Of a stretch of 24,000 nucleotides of DNA, positions 15,010-22,166 are shown piece by piece; the first letter of the stretch is position 1; the number at the start of each line of letters is the position of its first letter. The notes under the pieces were generated by a model. The model ran no database searches, had not been told where the DNA came from, and was given only the letters and a program-made list of their open reading frames with translations. The position numbers were made by a program, and so were the translations under genes. This DNA comes from Terriglobales bacterium (GTDB lineage Bacteria; Acidobacteriota; Terriglobia; Terriglobales; Acidobacteriaceae), in the NCBI GenBank assembly GCA_035604895.1, contig DATNHO010000037.1, forward strand, positions 1 to 24,000. Reading direction: 5' to 3'.

Positions 15010-15444
15010 ATGGCAAACGAACTTCGATCGGTGATACGGGAGCTTGGCGGAGAGCGCGCCTTGGGACGGACGATGACGAGCGACCGGGATCTGCGGGAAG
15101 CGATTCGCGAAGGCTTCCCACATGCGGTGCTTGAAGAAATGATGCATTCGTCGGGCTTGACCCTGAAAGAGCTAGCAGGTGCGCTGGACCTCTCGTCCCG
15201 CAGTTTGCAGCGGCGACGCCGTGGGCGGCTGGCCCGGTTTGAGTCTGACCGGCTGTATCGGCTCGCCCGGTTGCTCGCTCTTGCCCACGAAAGCCTGGGG
15301 GATGCCGCACGCGCAAGCCGGTGGTTCAAGCGCACCAATCGTGCTCTCGGTGGAGTGGCTCCGATTGCCGCGATCGATACCGAACTGGGAGCTCGCCAGG
15401 TGGAAAATGTGCTGGGCCGCATCGCCTACGGCGGCATCAGTTGA
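15010..15444 (+). CDS. Xre/MbcA/ParS-family antitoxin (DUF2384 toxin-binding domain)
   Basis: The C-terminal stretch RFESDRLYRLARLLALAHESLGDAARASRWFKRTNRALGGVAPIAAIDTELGARQVENVLGRIAYG matches the DUF2384 antitoxin pattern. It lies directly upstream of, and overlaps, a RES-domain gene. Confidence 0.8.
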   Translation: MANELRSVIRELGGERALGRTMTSDRDLREAIREGFPHAVLEEMMHSSGLTLKELAGALDLSSRSLQRRRRGRLARFESDRLYRLARLLALAHESLGDAARASRWFKRTNRALGGVAPIAAIDTELGARQVENVLGRIAYGGIS

Positions 15445-15929
15445 CACGAGTCTTTCGCGTACTGCGTGCCGCACATGCGCGCACTCCATTCGACGGAGAG
15501 GGGGCGTACCGGTACGGCGGGCGGTGGTCCAGCCCCGAAACGCGCCTCGCCTATGCCTCGGAACACCAGTCGCTTGCGATGCTTGAGTATTTCGTTCACC
15601 TGGATCCCGAAGACGCTCCGGATGACTTGGTGTTAGCCACGGCGGAGGTTCCAGAGAGCGTTTCCCGCAAGCGTATCGAAGCCAGCGCTCTGCCAGCCGA
15701 TTGGCGAGAAGTCCCTGCTCCGCCCGGTCTGGCCCAGATTGGCGATGAGTTCGTAAAGCAGACCGAGAATTGTCTGCTTCTTGTTCCCTCCGCGCTAGCG
15801 GTGAGTGAAAATAACGTATTGATCAATCCCCGACATCCCGAGTTCAAGCAGATTACCGTCAATCAAGCCGAGCCGCTCCGCTATGATCCGCGGATGTTCC
15901 GCAAGACCCGGCGCCAGCGCAAACATTGA
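15441..15929 (+). CDS. RES-domain toxin (ParT/MbcT family, NAD+-targeting)
   Basis: I place the start at TTG 15441, overlapping the antitoxin stop as TTGA. The ORF-track start at 15321 lies inside the antitoxin gene. It has YGGRWSS (Arg), SEHQSLAMLEY (Glu) and LLVPSALA (Ser), the R-E-S triad contexts. Confidence 0.85.
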   Translation: MTRVFRVLRAAHARTPFDGEGAYRYGGRWSSPETRLAYASEHQSLAMLEYFVHLDPEDAPDDLVLATAEVPESVSRKRIEASALPADWREVPAPPGLAQIGDEFVKQTENCLLLVPSALAVSENNVLINPRHPEFKQITVNQAEPLRYDPRMFRKTRRQRKH

Positions 15930-15946
15930 GGGCGGGACAAGGTACC

Positions 15947-16612
15947 CTACGCCCTGGCTGCTTCCTGATTGCCCAGAGGCAGGAAATACTGGGTTCCCTT
16001 GATCGGTGCGGAAACCTTCCTGAGCAGTTCCTGCAGGTCTTCATTGCGCTCCACGAAATCAATCTCTGAGGTGTTCACGATCAGCAGGTCGGATGAGGTG
16101 TAGTGAAAAAAGAAGTGCTCATAGGCTTTGATCACTTCTTCGAGATATTCTTCATTGATCACCTTCTCTCCTGGCGCATTCTTTTTCTTCAGGCGCTTTT
16201 TCAGTACCTCCGGCGTGGCTTGCAAATAAATCACCAGATCGGGAGTCGGAAGCTGCTCGCGAAAATAGTTGTAATAGCGGTTGTAGGTTTCGAGTTCCTG
16301 GTCGGTAAGGTTGAGGCAGGCGAAGAGCTTGTCTTTTTCGAAGACGAAGTCGGTGACCACGGATTTCTGCGAACGCGGTCCGAGGTCGAGCGCCCGAAGC
16401 TGTTCGAAGCGGCGAATCAGGAAAGCGAATTGCGCCTGGAATCCCGCGCCTCGTTCGCCGTCGTAGAAGGCGCGCAGAAAGGGGTTGTCGTCGGTTTCCA
16501 TGACCAGTTGGGCATTGAGACGCTCTGCCAGAATCCGCGCCAGCGTGCTTTTTCCGACGCGTATGGGACCTTCCACTGCAATGTAACGGGGCAGTTCGAA
16601 AAGATTGGCCAT
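15947..16612 (-). CDS. Deoxynucleoside kinase family protein
   Basis: YIAVEGPIRVGKSTLARILAERL is a P-loop. The overall dNK/dCK-dAK-like layout is present, including ...NPFLRAFY... and the lid-like YLQATPEVLKKRLKKK. Confidence 0.8.
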   Translation of the reverse strand: MANLFELPRYIAVEGPIRVGKSTLARILAERLNAQLVMETDDNPFLRAFYDGERGAGFQAQFAFLIRRFEQLRALDLGPRSQKSVVTDFVFEKDKLFACLNLTDQELETYNRYYNYFREQLPTPDLVIYLQATPEVLKKRLKKKNAPGEKVINEEYLEEVIKAYEHFFFHYTSSDLLIVNTSEIDFVERNEDLQELLRKVSAPIKGTQYFLPLGNQEAARA

Positions 16613-16725
16613 GGGCTAGGGCTTCGCATGGCAGGATATCTCGCCAGAGCTTTGCGCGCAATTGAGGGAAGAGTAACCCCTGTGCACCACCGAGGCACAG
16701 GGAAACAATTTACAATCGCGGCATT

Positions 16726-17460
16726 ATGGATGGCTTCGTCATCGGGGCTGGCGTCGCGGCGGCGGTTGCCGCTGGCTATCAGTCCATGGCGCCAACCGGG
16801 CAATGGTATGGCCGGACCTTTACTGGACTGAAGCCGGGAACCAAGCAACTGGCGCTGACTTTCGACGACGGCCCCAACGATCCGCACACTCTTCGTCTAC
16901 TGGAAAGTCTTGCTCATCAGAATGTGAAGGCAACTTTTTTTCTGATCGGACGCTACGTGAAGCAAAGGCCTGACATCGTGCGCGAACTGGTGCGGGCTGG
17001 GCACGTAGTCGGCAATCATACATTCAGCCATCCCAATCTGATTTTTACTTCGGCGCGGCAAACCAGAATCCAATTGCAGGATTGCGCCCGGGCCTTGACG
17101 GATGCGGTGGGAGAGCATTCCCCGCTGTTTCGTCCCCCGTTTGGCGGACGCCGGCCGGGTACGCTGAGAATCGCGCGGGCCCTGGGTCTGGAACCGGTCC
17201 TGTGGAACGTCACCGGTTGGGACTGGAAAGGAAAGCCGGCGGAGTTCGTCGAGCAGAAAGTCAGCCAACAGATTCGTGGCGGCGATGTAATCCTATTGCA
17301 TGACGGCGGCCATGAGGCATTTGGAGCTGACCGTTCGCAAACCGTAATCGCGACCGATCGCCTGATCGCCCGGTACAAGGCTGATGGATACGAGTTCGTA
17401 ACCGTGCCGGAGATGATGGGAAAAGCAGTTGCCAGTTCTCAGCCCGCAGTTCCCAGTTGA
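16726..17460 (+). CDS. Polysaccharide deacetylase (NodB homology / CE4)
   Basis: LALTFDDGPNDPHT (the TFDD motif), GHVVGNHTFSHPNL (HxxxH metal motif), LFRPPFG and VILLHD are CE4 motifs 1-5. An N-terminal hydrophobic segment is present. Confidence 0.85.
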   Translation: MDGFVIGAGVAAAVAAGYQSMAPTGQWYGRTFTGLKPGTKQLALTFDDGPNDPHTLRLLESLAHQNVKATFFLIGRYVKQRPDIVRELVRAGHVVGNHTFSHPNLIFTSARQTRIQLQDCARALTDAVGEHSPLFRPPFGGRRPGTLRIARALGLEPVLWNVTGWDWKGKPAEFVEQKVSQQIRGGDVILLHDGGHEAFGADRSQTVIATDRLIARYKADGYEFVTVPEMMGKAVASSQPAVPS

Positions 17461-17499
17461 GCCCGCGCTGCTGCGCACCCGACAGGGTTCGAGACCGAG

Positions 17500-18801
17500 C
17501 TATGCATGCACCGACGCGAACGCCTGCTTGGCCACGCTAATCGTTTTCTGAATGTCTTCCTCGGAGTGGGCCGTGCCCAGAAACGCGGCTTCGAACTGCG
17601 ACGGGGGCAGATAGATGCCATTGTCCAGCATTCCGCGGAAGAAGCGGCCGAAGGCTTCTGTATCAGATTTCGCGGCCGAATCCCAATCCGTTACCGGACC
17701 GGGCGTAAAGAACCAAGTGAACATGGAACCCACGCGGTTGTGGCACAGCACCACGCCCGCATCTTTCGCGGCGGCTGCCACTCCATCTACGAGTTCCGCG
17801 CTGAGCTTGTCGAGCCGCGGATAGATTTCCTGCTTGTGTTCCCGCAAATGACGCAGCGTTGCCAAACCCGCGGCCATGGCCAAGGGATTTCCCGAGAGCG
17901 TGCCCGCCTGATACATGGGCCCGAGCGGCGCCACCAGATTCATGATTTCGGACGGACCGCCGTAGGCTCCCACCGGGAGTCCGCCGCCAATAATCTTGCC
18001 CATCGTGGTCAGATCGGGCGTCACTCCGTAAAGTTCCTGGGCACCACCAAACGCGACACGGAATCCAGTCATCACTTCGTCAAAAATAAGGACGCTTTTC
18101 TCCCGCTGCGTGATCAGACGCAAGGCCGCAAGATATCCGCCGGGAGCCGGCACACAACCCATGTTGCCCACGACTGGCTCTACGATCACGCAGGCGATTT
18201 CGTGCTTGAACTTCTTGAATGCATGTTCGAGCGCGTCGGTGTCGTTGAAAGGCAACGCTAGAGTGAATTGAATGAATTCTTCCGGAACGCCAGCCGAACC
18301 CGGAATCCCCAGTGTCGCGACACCCGAACCAGCTTTTACTAATAAGGCGTCGGCGTGTCCGTGGTAGCAGCCCTCGAATTTCACAATGTACTTACGCTTG
18401 GTGTAGGCGCGAGCCAGACGAATGGCAGACATCGTCGCTTCCGTGCCCGAATTCACAAAACGGACTTTCTGCATGTGAGGGAACGCAGACAGCACGATTT
18501 CCGCAAGGTCGGCCTCGGCGGGAGTGGAAGCGCCAAAGCTGGTGCCATTGCAGGCGGCGTCCATGATCGCTTCGATCACTTTGGACGGAGCGTGCCCGAG
18601 AATGAGCGGACCCCACGATCCGACGTAGTCGATGTACTCGTTGCCATCGGCATCGAAGATATGCGAACCCTGCCCGCGCAGGATGAAAGGCGCGTCGCCG
18701 CCTACGGCGCGAAAGGCGCGTACCGGCGAATTGACTCCGCCGGGAATCATCTGCTCAGCGCGTTCTTGCAGCTTGCGAGAAATCTCGGTTTTGCGGGCCA
18801 T
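17500..18801 (-). CDS. hemL: Glutamate-1-semialdehyde 2,1-aminomutase
   Basis: I place the start at ATG 18801 (GGAGAG upstream), not 18900. The N-terminus is [72 protein letters not shown] contains the PLP lysine context. Confidence 0.95.
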   Translation of the reverse strand: MARKTEISRKLQERAEQMIPGGVNSPVRAFRAVGGDAPFILRGQGSHIFDADGNEYIDYVGSWGPLILGHAPSKVIEAIMDAACNGTSFGASTPAEADLAEIVLSAFPHMQKVRFVNSGTEATMSAIRLARAYTKRKYIVKFEGCYHGHADALLVKAGSGVATLGIPGSAGVPEEFIQFTLALPFNDTDALEHAFKKFKHEIACVIVEPVVGNMGCVPAPGGYLAALRLITQREKSVLIFDEVMTGFRVAFGGAQELYGVTPDLTTMGKIIGGGLPVGAYGGPSEIMNLVAPLGPMYQAGTLSGNPLAMAAGLATLRHLREHKQEIYPRLDKLSAELVDGVAAAAKDAGVVLCHNRVGSMFTWFFTPGPVTDWDSAAKSDTEAFGRFFRGMLDNGIYLPPSQFEAAFLGTAHSEEDIQKTISVAKQAFASVHA

Positions 18802-18997
18802 GGGCTCTCCGTAGGGAACCAGGTCATCTATCGTAACAGCGAGGGGCAACAACAGCCGGGCTCCCGCGCGACGACCTGCCTCAGGTGTCAAGAGAGGCAA
18901 CGGAATTCATCGGATATTTACAGTCTCGCAACAGTTCTGAAACACGTTCTGGCTACTCTCTTTCCAGTACACGCCCTTCTAACCGGGAGGGTTTTAA

Positions 18998-19036
18998 GGA
19001 CAGCTTCGGGGGGCTCCGAGCTGTCCTGATTTATTT
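18998..19036 (+). terminator. Canonical-looking intrinsic terminator whose U-tail is on the plus strand (possibly bidirectional)
   Basis: GGACAGCT(T)CGG (18998-19009) pairs with CCGAGCTGTCC (19016-19026): 11 bp, one bulge, 6-nt loop. It is followed by TGATTTATTT on the plus strand. On the minus strand the tail is only TTAAAACCC. It lies 39 nt downstream of the minus-strand csoR-like stop. Confidence 0.55.
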
Positions 19037-19064
19037 GCGTCGGCGCTCGCAGTTCACAGACTGA

Positions 19065-19352
19065 TCACTTCAGATACGCGCGAACCAGACCGATCAAATC
19101 CTCTCCTAACTCTTCCGGTGAGTCCACGGCATGTTCCGGATTCATCATGTGCAGGCGGATGTGGTCTTCCAGGACCTCCGCCATCAACCCGTTGACTCCG
19201 CCACGAATAGCCGCCAGCAGCATCAGGATGTCAGCGCATTCATCCCCAGCGGCTAGCGCCCGCTCGACCGCTGCGAACTGGCCACGAATCCGCTTGATGC
19301 GGAACAGGAGCTTCTGTTTCTCTTTTGAAATCTCGGGAATTTTATCTTGCAT
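19065..19352 (-). CDS. CsoR/RcnR/FrmR-family (DUF156) metal-sensing transcriptional repressor
   Basis: LLFRIKRIRGQFAAVERAL...DECADILMLLAAIRGGVNGLMAEVLEDHIRLH is the family core. The ligand positions read Cys39-His64-His68 (x-C-H-H), which is RcnR-like rather than the C-H-C of Cu(I) CsoR. Confidence 0.85.
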   Translation of the reverse strand: MQDKIPEISKEKQKLLFRIKRIRGQFAAVERALAAGDECADILMLLAAIRGGVNGLMAEVLEDHIRLHMMNPEHAVDSPEELGEDLIGLVRAYLK

Positions 19353-19379
19353 TTTTGCCTGCTTTCTTCAATCTTTCCC

Positions 19380-19410
19380 TTTACAATACCGTAGGGGGGT
19401 ATGATATAAG
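19380..19410. promoter_or_regulatory. CsoR/RcnR-type operator (ATACCGTA-GGGGGG-TAT) embedded in a divergent promoter
   Basis: ATACC...GGTAT half-sites flank a G6 tract at 19386-19402. A plus-strand -35-like TTTACA (19380-19385) lies immediately upstream, and the A/T-rich -10-like TATGATATAAG (19400-19410) immediately downstream. The site is 34 nt upstream of the repressor gene start on the other strand. Confidence 0.6.
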
Positions 19411-19511
19411 ATTCTCAGGAGGGAAACCCATCGCGGACCCAGGAGCCGCTGAATCCCTCAGGAGCGTAAATCGCATGGTAGCTCAAATCCAGAGAAAGGA
19501 GGGTAACGACA

Positions 19512-19715
19512 ATGAACTGCATGACTCTATTCCTACAGCCAATAGCGATGGCGACGACGCAGCTCGCGTGCGTAATTCACCACGAAACTGTCTCTTCGTG
19601 GCAGAGGCAACCGAAGGCGGAACACAAGTCTTTGCGCATGAGCTGGGTCGTGGTCACCGACGAACGCGGCCAACGGCAGCTTCGCATGCACTGGGTAGCT
19701 GTGGAGGACTGCTGA
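19512..19715 (+). CDS. Candidate small protein (67 aa), unrecognised family
   Basis: A strong SD, AAGGAGGG, sits at 19496-19503, with its GGAGG core ending 9 nt before ATG 19512. My hand-counted GC3 is about 73%, against about 47% for the overlapping alternative frame. The product is MNCMTLFLQPIAMATTQLACVIHHETVSSWQRQPKAEHKSLRMSWVVVTDERGQRQLRMHWVAVEDC. It lies downstream of the operator-containing promoter. Confidence 0.4.
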   Translation: MNCMTLFLQPIAMATTQLACVIHHETVSSWQRQPKAEHKSLRMSWVVVTDERGQRQLRMHWVAVEDC

Positions 19716-19888
19716 CGACGGCAGACTCCACCTGTAACATTTCGTTAACATGGCGTGCGTAGGCTAGGTGGGTTGGCGGCGCTTCCCGTTAGAGCGTCGA
19801 CCGACCGCCGAGCCGGACGCCAATATATTTCGTTAATTTACGAGACGCGAAGAAGATCCGAAGCTTAAGCCGTGTCGACATCAAAAAC

Positions 19889-21358
19889 ATGAGAAAGCAA
19901 GTCCAACTCGCAAATCCCGCCCCCATCTGGCTGATAATTGTGTTTTGGGTGACTTTTGGTTCGGGGCTGCCTGCGCTTGCACAGCAGCCTGAAACGCCCG
20001 TTGCCGCGAAACCGGATACAGCGCCCCAGGCAGGGGCCGTCAGCGAGGCTGATCCGCCCTCTGATCCGCCAGCAGACGAAGGCACGGAATCGATGTTCCC
20101 GCATTTCAAAGACACGCGCTTCTGGCTTTCGGGGCAGATGAACTTCATTTTTCAGACCCATCCGCCATTCCCTGCGGCCTACAGCGGGAAGAACAGTTTG
20201 AGTCCCAACTATGAGAAGGCCACGTCCCGCGTGTTGACGCTTTACACGGGCATGCGGCTCAACAACTCGACAGAGATTCTGGTGGACATTGAAGAAGCCG
20301 GAGGATCAGCCCTCAGCACGGGCCTCGGGCTTGCGGGCAACACCGACCTCGATATCGTGCGTAATCCCTTGCTGAGCAAAGAGCCTTATCTGGCGCGCGG
20401 CATGATTCACAAAGTATTTGCGTTGAGCAAAGACAAGATCGAGAACGAGCGCACTGCGTTCTCGCTTTTCGAGGAACTTCCGCGCCGCCGGCTGGAAGTA
20501 CGCTTCGGCAAGTTCAGCATGCCGGACTTCTTCGATGTGAATTCGGTGGGCTCGGATACCCATTTTCAATTCTCCAACTGGACCGTAGACAACAACGGTG
20601 CCTGGGACTACGCCGCCGACACGCGCGGCTACACCGTCGGCGCGGTGGCCGATTACGAGGACCGCAATTGGGGCTTCCGCTTTGCCGAGGGGCTCATGCC
20701 CAAGGTCGCGAACGGAATTGATCTGGTCTGGAAGCCGTGGCAAGCTCATGCCGAGAACTTTGAGTACGAGTTGCGTCACGGAGTGATCCCGAAAAAAGCG
20801 GGGGTGGTCCGTCTATTGGCCTACACCAACTACGCCAACATGGGGATTTACCGCGAGGCCATCGCCAACTTTGAAGCAGGGCTTACACCCATTCCAGAAA
20901 TCACCGACCATCCCTGGCACATCAGTCGCAAGTATGGATTCGGTGTGAACCTGGAACAGAATCTCACCCGTTACTTGACCGCTTTCGGGCGCTTCGGATG
21001 GGATAACGGAAAGACCGAATCCTTCGCCTACACGGAAGTCGATCAAACCTTCGCCATGGGACTTGGAGCGAACGGCGCCTGGTGGCATCGCAAACAGGAT
21101 CGGGCCGGCGTTGCCTTCGTGACCAATGCCATTTGCAAAGATCATCAAATCTATCTTGCCGACGGCGGCCTAGGGTTTCTGCTCGGCGATGGCGCGTTAA
21201 AATACGGTCGTGAAAATATCGTCGAGTCGTATTACACGGTCCACGTCTGGCGCGGCATTTACGTCGCCCCCGGCGTGCAGCACATCAACGATCCCGGATA
21301 CAACCGCGACCGCGGCCCGTTAGTTGTGCCTTCGTTCCGCGCCCACGCAGAGTTCTAG
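19889..21358 (+). CDS. Outer-membrane beta-barrel porin, OprB (carbohydrate-selective porin)-like
   Basis: It has a signal peptide (IWLIIVFWVTFGSGLPALAQQ). FWLSGQMNFIFQTHPPFPAAYSGKNSLS resembles the N-terminal motif of OprB-family porins. The alternating beta-strand pattern and the C-terminal Phe (AHAEF) are typical of OMPs. The family assignment is from memory only. Confidence 0.65.
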   Translation: MRKQVQLANPAPIWLIIVFWVTFGSGLPALAQQPETPVAAKPDTAPQAGAVSEADPPSDPPADEGTESMFPHFKDTRFWLSGQMNFIFQTHPPFPAAYSGKNSLSPNYEKATSRVLTLYTGMRLNNSTEILVDIEEAGGSALSTGLGLAGNTDLDIVRNPLLSKEPYLARGMIHKVFALSKDKIENERTAFSLFEELPRRRLEVRFGKFSMPDFFDVNSVGSDTHFQFSNWTVDNNGAWDYAADTRGYTVGAVADYEDRNWGFRFAEGLMPKVANGIDLVWKPWQAHAENFEYELRHGVIPKKAGVVRLLAYTNYANMGIYREAIANFEAGLTPIPEITDHPWHISRKYGFGVNLEQNLTRYLTAFGRFGWDNGKTESFAYTEVDQTFAMGLGANGAWWHRKQDRAGVAFVTNAICKDHQIYLADGGLGFLLGDGALKYGRENIVESYYTVHVWRGIYVAPGVQHINDPGYNRDRGPLVVPSFRAHAEF

Positions 21359-21424
21359 GAATCCACCGGATACTCAAATTGTCCTCAAGCGCTTAGCCAT
21401 TGGCTACGACCACCCTGCCATGCA

Positions 21425-21877
21425 TCAGAGGAGCTGATCCAGGATTGCTGTCACGAACTCTCCAACTCGCGCGAAAACTGGGTTATTTGTGATGAACCCC
21501 GTCGCCTGCGCTCGGAGGGCAGCGGCTGCCTGCAGTGCATCCGGCGTCCGGAGACGATACATGGCGCGCATTCGTGCTGCCAAGTCCGCCGTCTCCAGGT
21601 CAGGCGCCATCCATCGCAAGTTAGGATACGTGGAAAGCAAAGCATAGAATGCGTCAACTTTGTGCTCGTCGTTGTCGCGATACGATGGGACCAGGAGCTC
21701 CGTCATCGTGATCGTGGAAGTCACGGCCTCATGGCCTGCCCGCTCCACCCACGAAAAGACAGAATCTGTGAGCGCGAGGTACCGGGGATTCGCTTCCATC
21801 TGGTAAATGAAGATGCTGGTGTCGAGAGCGATCCGGCGGTGACACCGGAGAAATAGCCGAAGGTGCTCTACTCCCAA
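21425..21877 (-). CDS. vapC: PIN-domain ribonuclease toxin (VapC), second copy
   Basis: It has IALDTSIFIY, TITMTELLV, and RTPDALQAAAALRAQATGFITNNPVF (PIN acidic residues with a TN-type end). The TTG start at 21877 is preceded by GAGGAGGAG and overlaps the antitoxin gene by 10 nt. Confidence 0.85.
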   Translation of the reverse strand: MGVEHLRLFLRCHRRIALDTSIFIYQMEANPRYLALTDSVFSWVERAGHEAVTSTITMTELLVPSYRDNDEHKVDAFYALLSTYPNLRWMAPDLETADLAARMRAMYRLRTPDALQAAAALRAQATGFITNNPVFARVGEFVTAILDQLL

Positions 21878-22089
21878 CTCTGACGCTCCTCCTCGAGATG
21901 TTGGGATGGATAGGCGGTACCCGCCAAACCTCGAATGGCTGCCTTATGAGACCTGGGTTTTTGCAGCACCAGCACTCTCTTGCCGCGGACCACGACCAGG
22001 ACCTTATCGCCAGCCTTTAAGCCGAGCGCCTCCCGCGCCTCCCGCGGAATTACGATCTGATTCTTGGAAGAAATCGTCGCTTGGGCCAT
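21868..22089 (-). CDS. vapB: AbrB/SpoVT-domain antitoxin (VapB-like), second copy
   Basis: I place the start at ATG 22089, because the 108-aa ORF-track version would run into DUF427. MAQATISSKNQIVIPREAREALGLKAGDKVLVVVRGKRVLVL is a SpoVT/AbrB motif. Confidence 0.8.
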   Translation of the reverse strand: MAQATISSKNQIVIPREAREALGLKAGDKVLVVVRGKRVLVLQKPRSHKAAIRGLAGTAYPSQHLEEERQSWE

Positions 22090-22091
22090 GA

Positions 22092-22116
22092 CTTTACATT
22101 TTAGCATAAAGTAAAG
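22092..22116 (-). promoter_or_regulatory. Putative operator and extended -10 for the second vapBC
   Basis: The inverted repeat is CTTTAC-N13-GTAAAG (22092-22116). On the minus strand, TGCTAAAAT (an extended -10, 22098-22106) ends 8 nt before the ATG. There is no SD and I found no convincing -35. Confidence 0.4.
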
Positions 22117-22166
22117 CGCTACCGGCCATGGCCCCGGCGGGAGGTTTGCATGGCCCATCCATTTCT

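Noticed and set aside
16103-16831. 242-aa plus-strand ORF opposite the deoxynucleoside kinase gene
   Set aside because: It is antisense to a P-loop kinase frame, and it would run through the divergent promoter gap into the deacetylase gene start.
17485-17496. tRNA T-loop-like GGGTTCGAGACC between the deacetylase gene and hemL
   Set aside because: The flanking bases do not form a T-stem (ACAGG against CCGAG). The intergenic gap is only 39 nt, and no acceptor or anticodon arms can be drawn.
17506-19029. Plus-strand ORFs of 251 aa and 224 aa opposite hemL
   Set aside because: They are antisense to HemL. The 224-aa ORF ends at the terminator hairpin only by coincidence of frame, and I found no SD or promoter for it.
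19325-19762. 145-aa plus-strand ORF spanning the csoR-like start, the operator and the small ORF region (internal ATG at 19475)
   Set aside because: It overlaps the repressor start codon and the operator. My hand-counted GC3 is about 47%, well below real genes here. The competing 67-codon frame has the strong SD.
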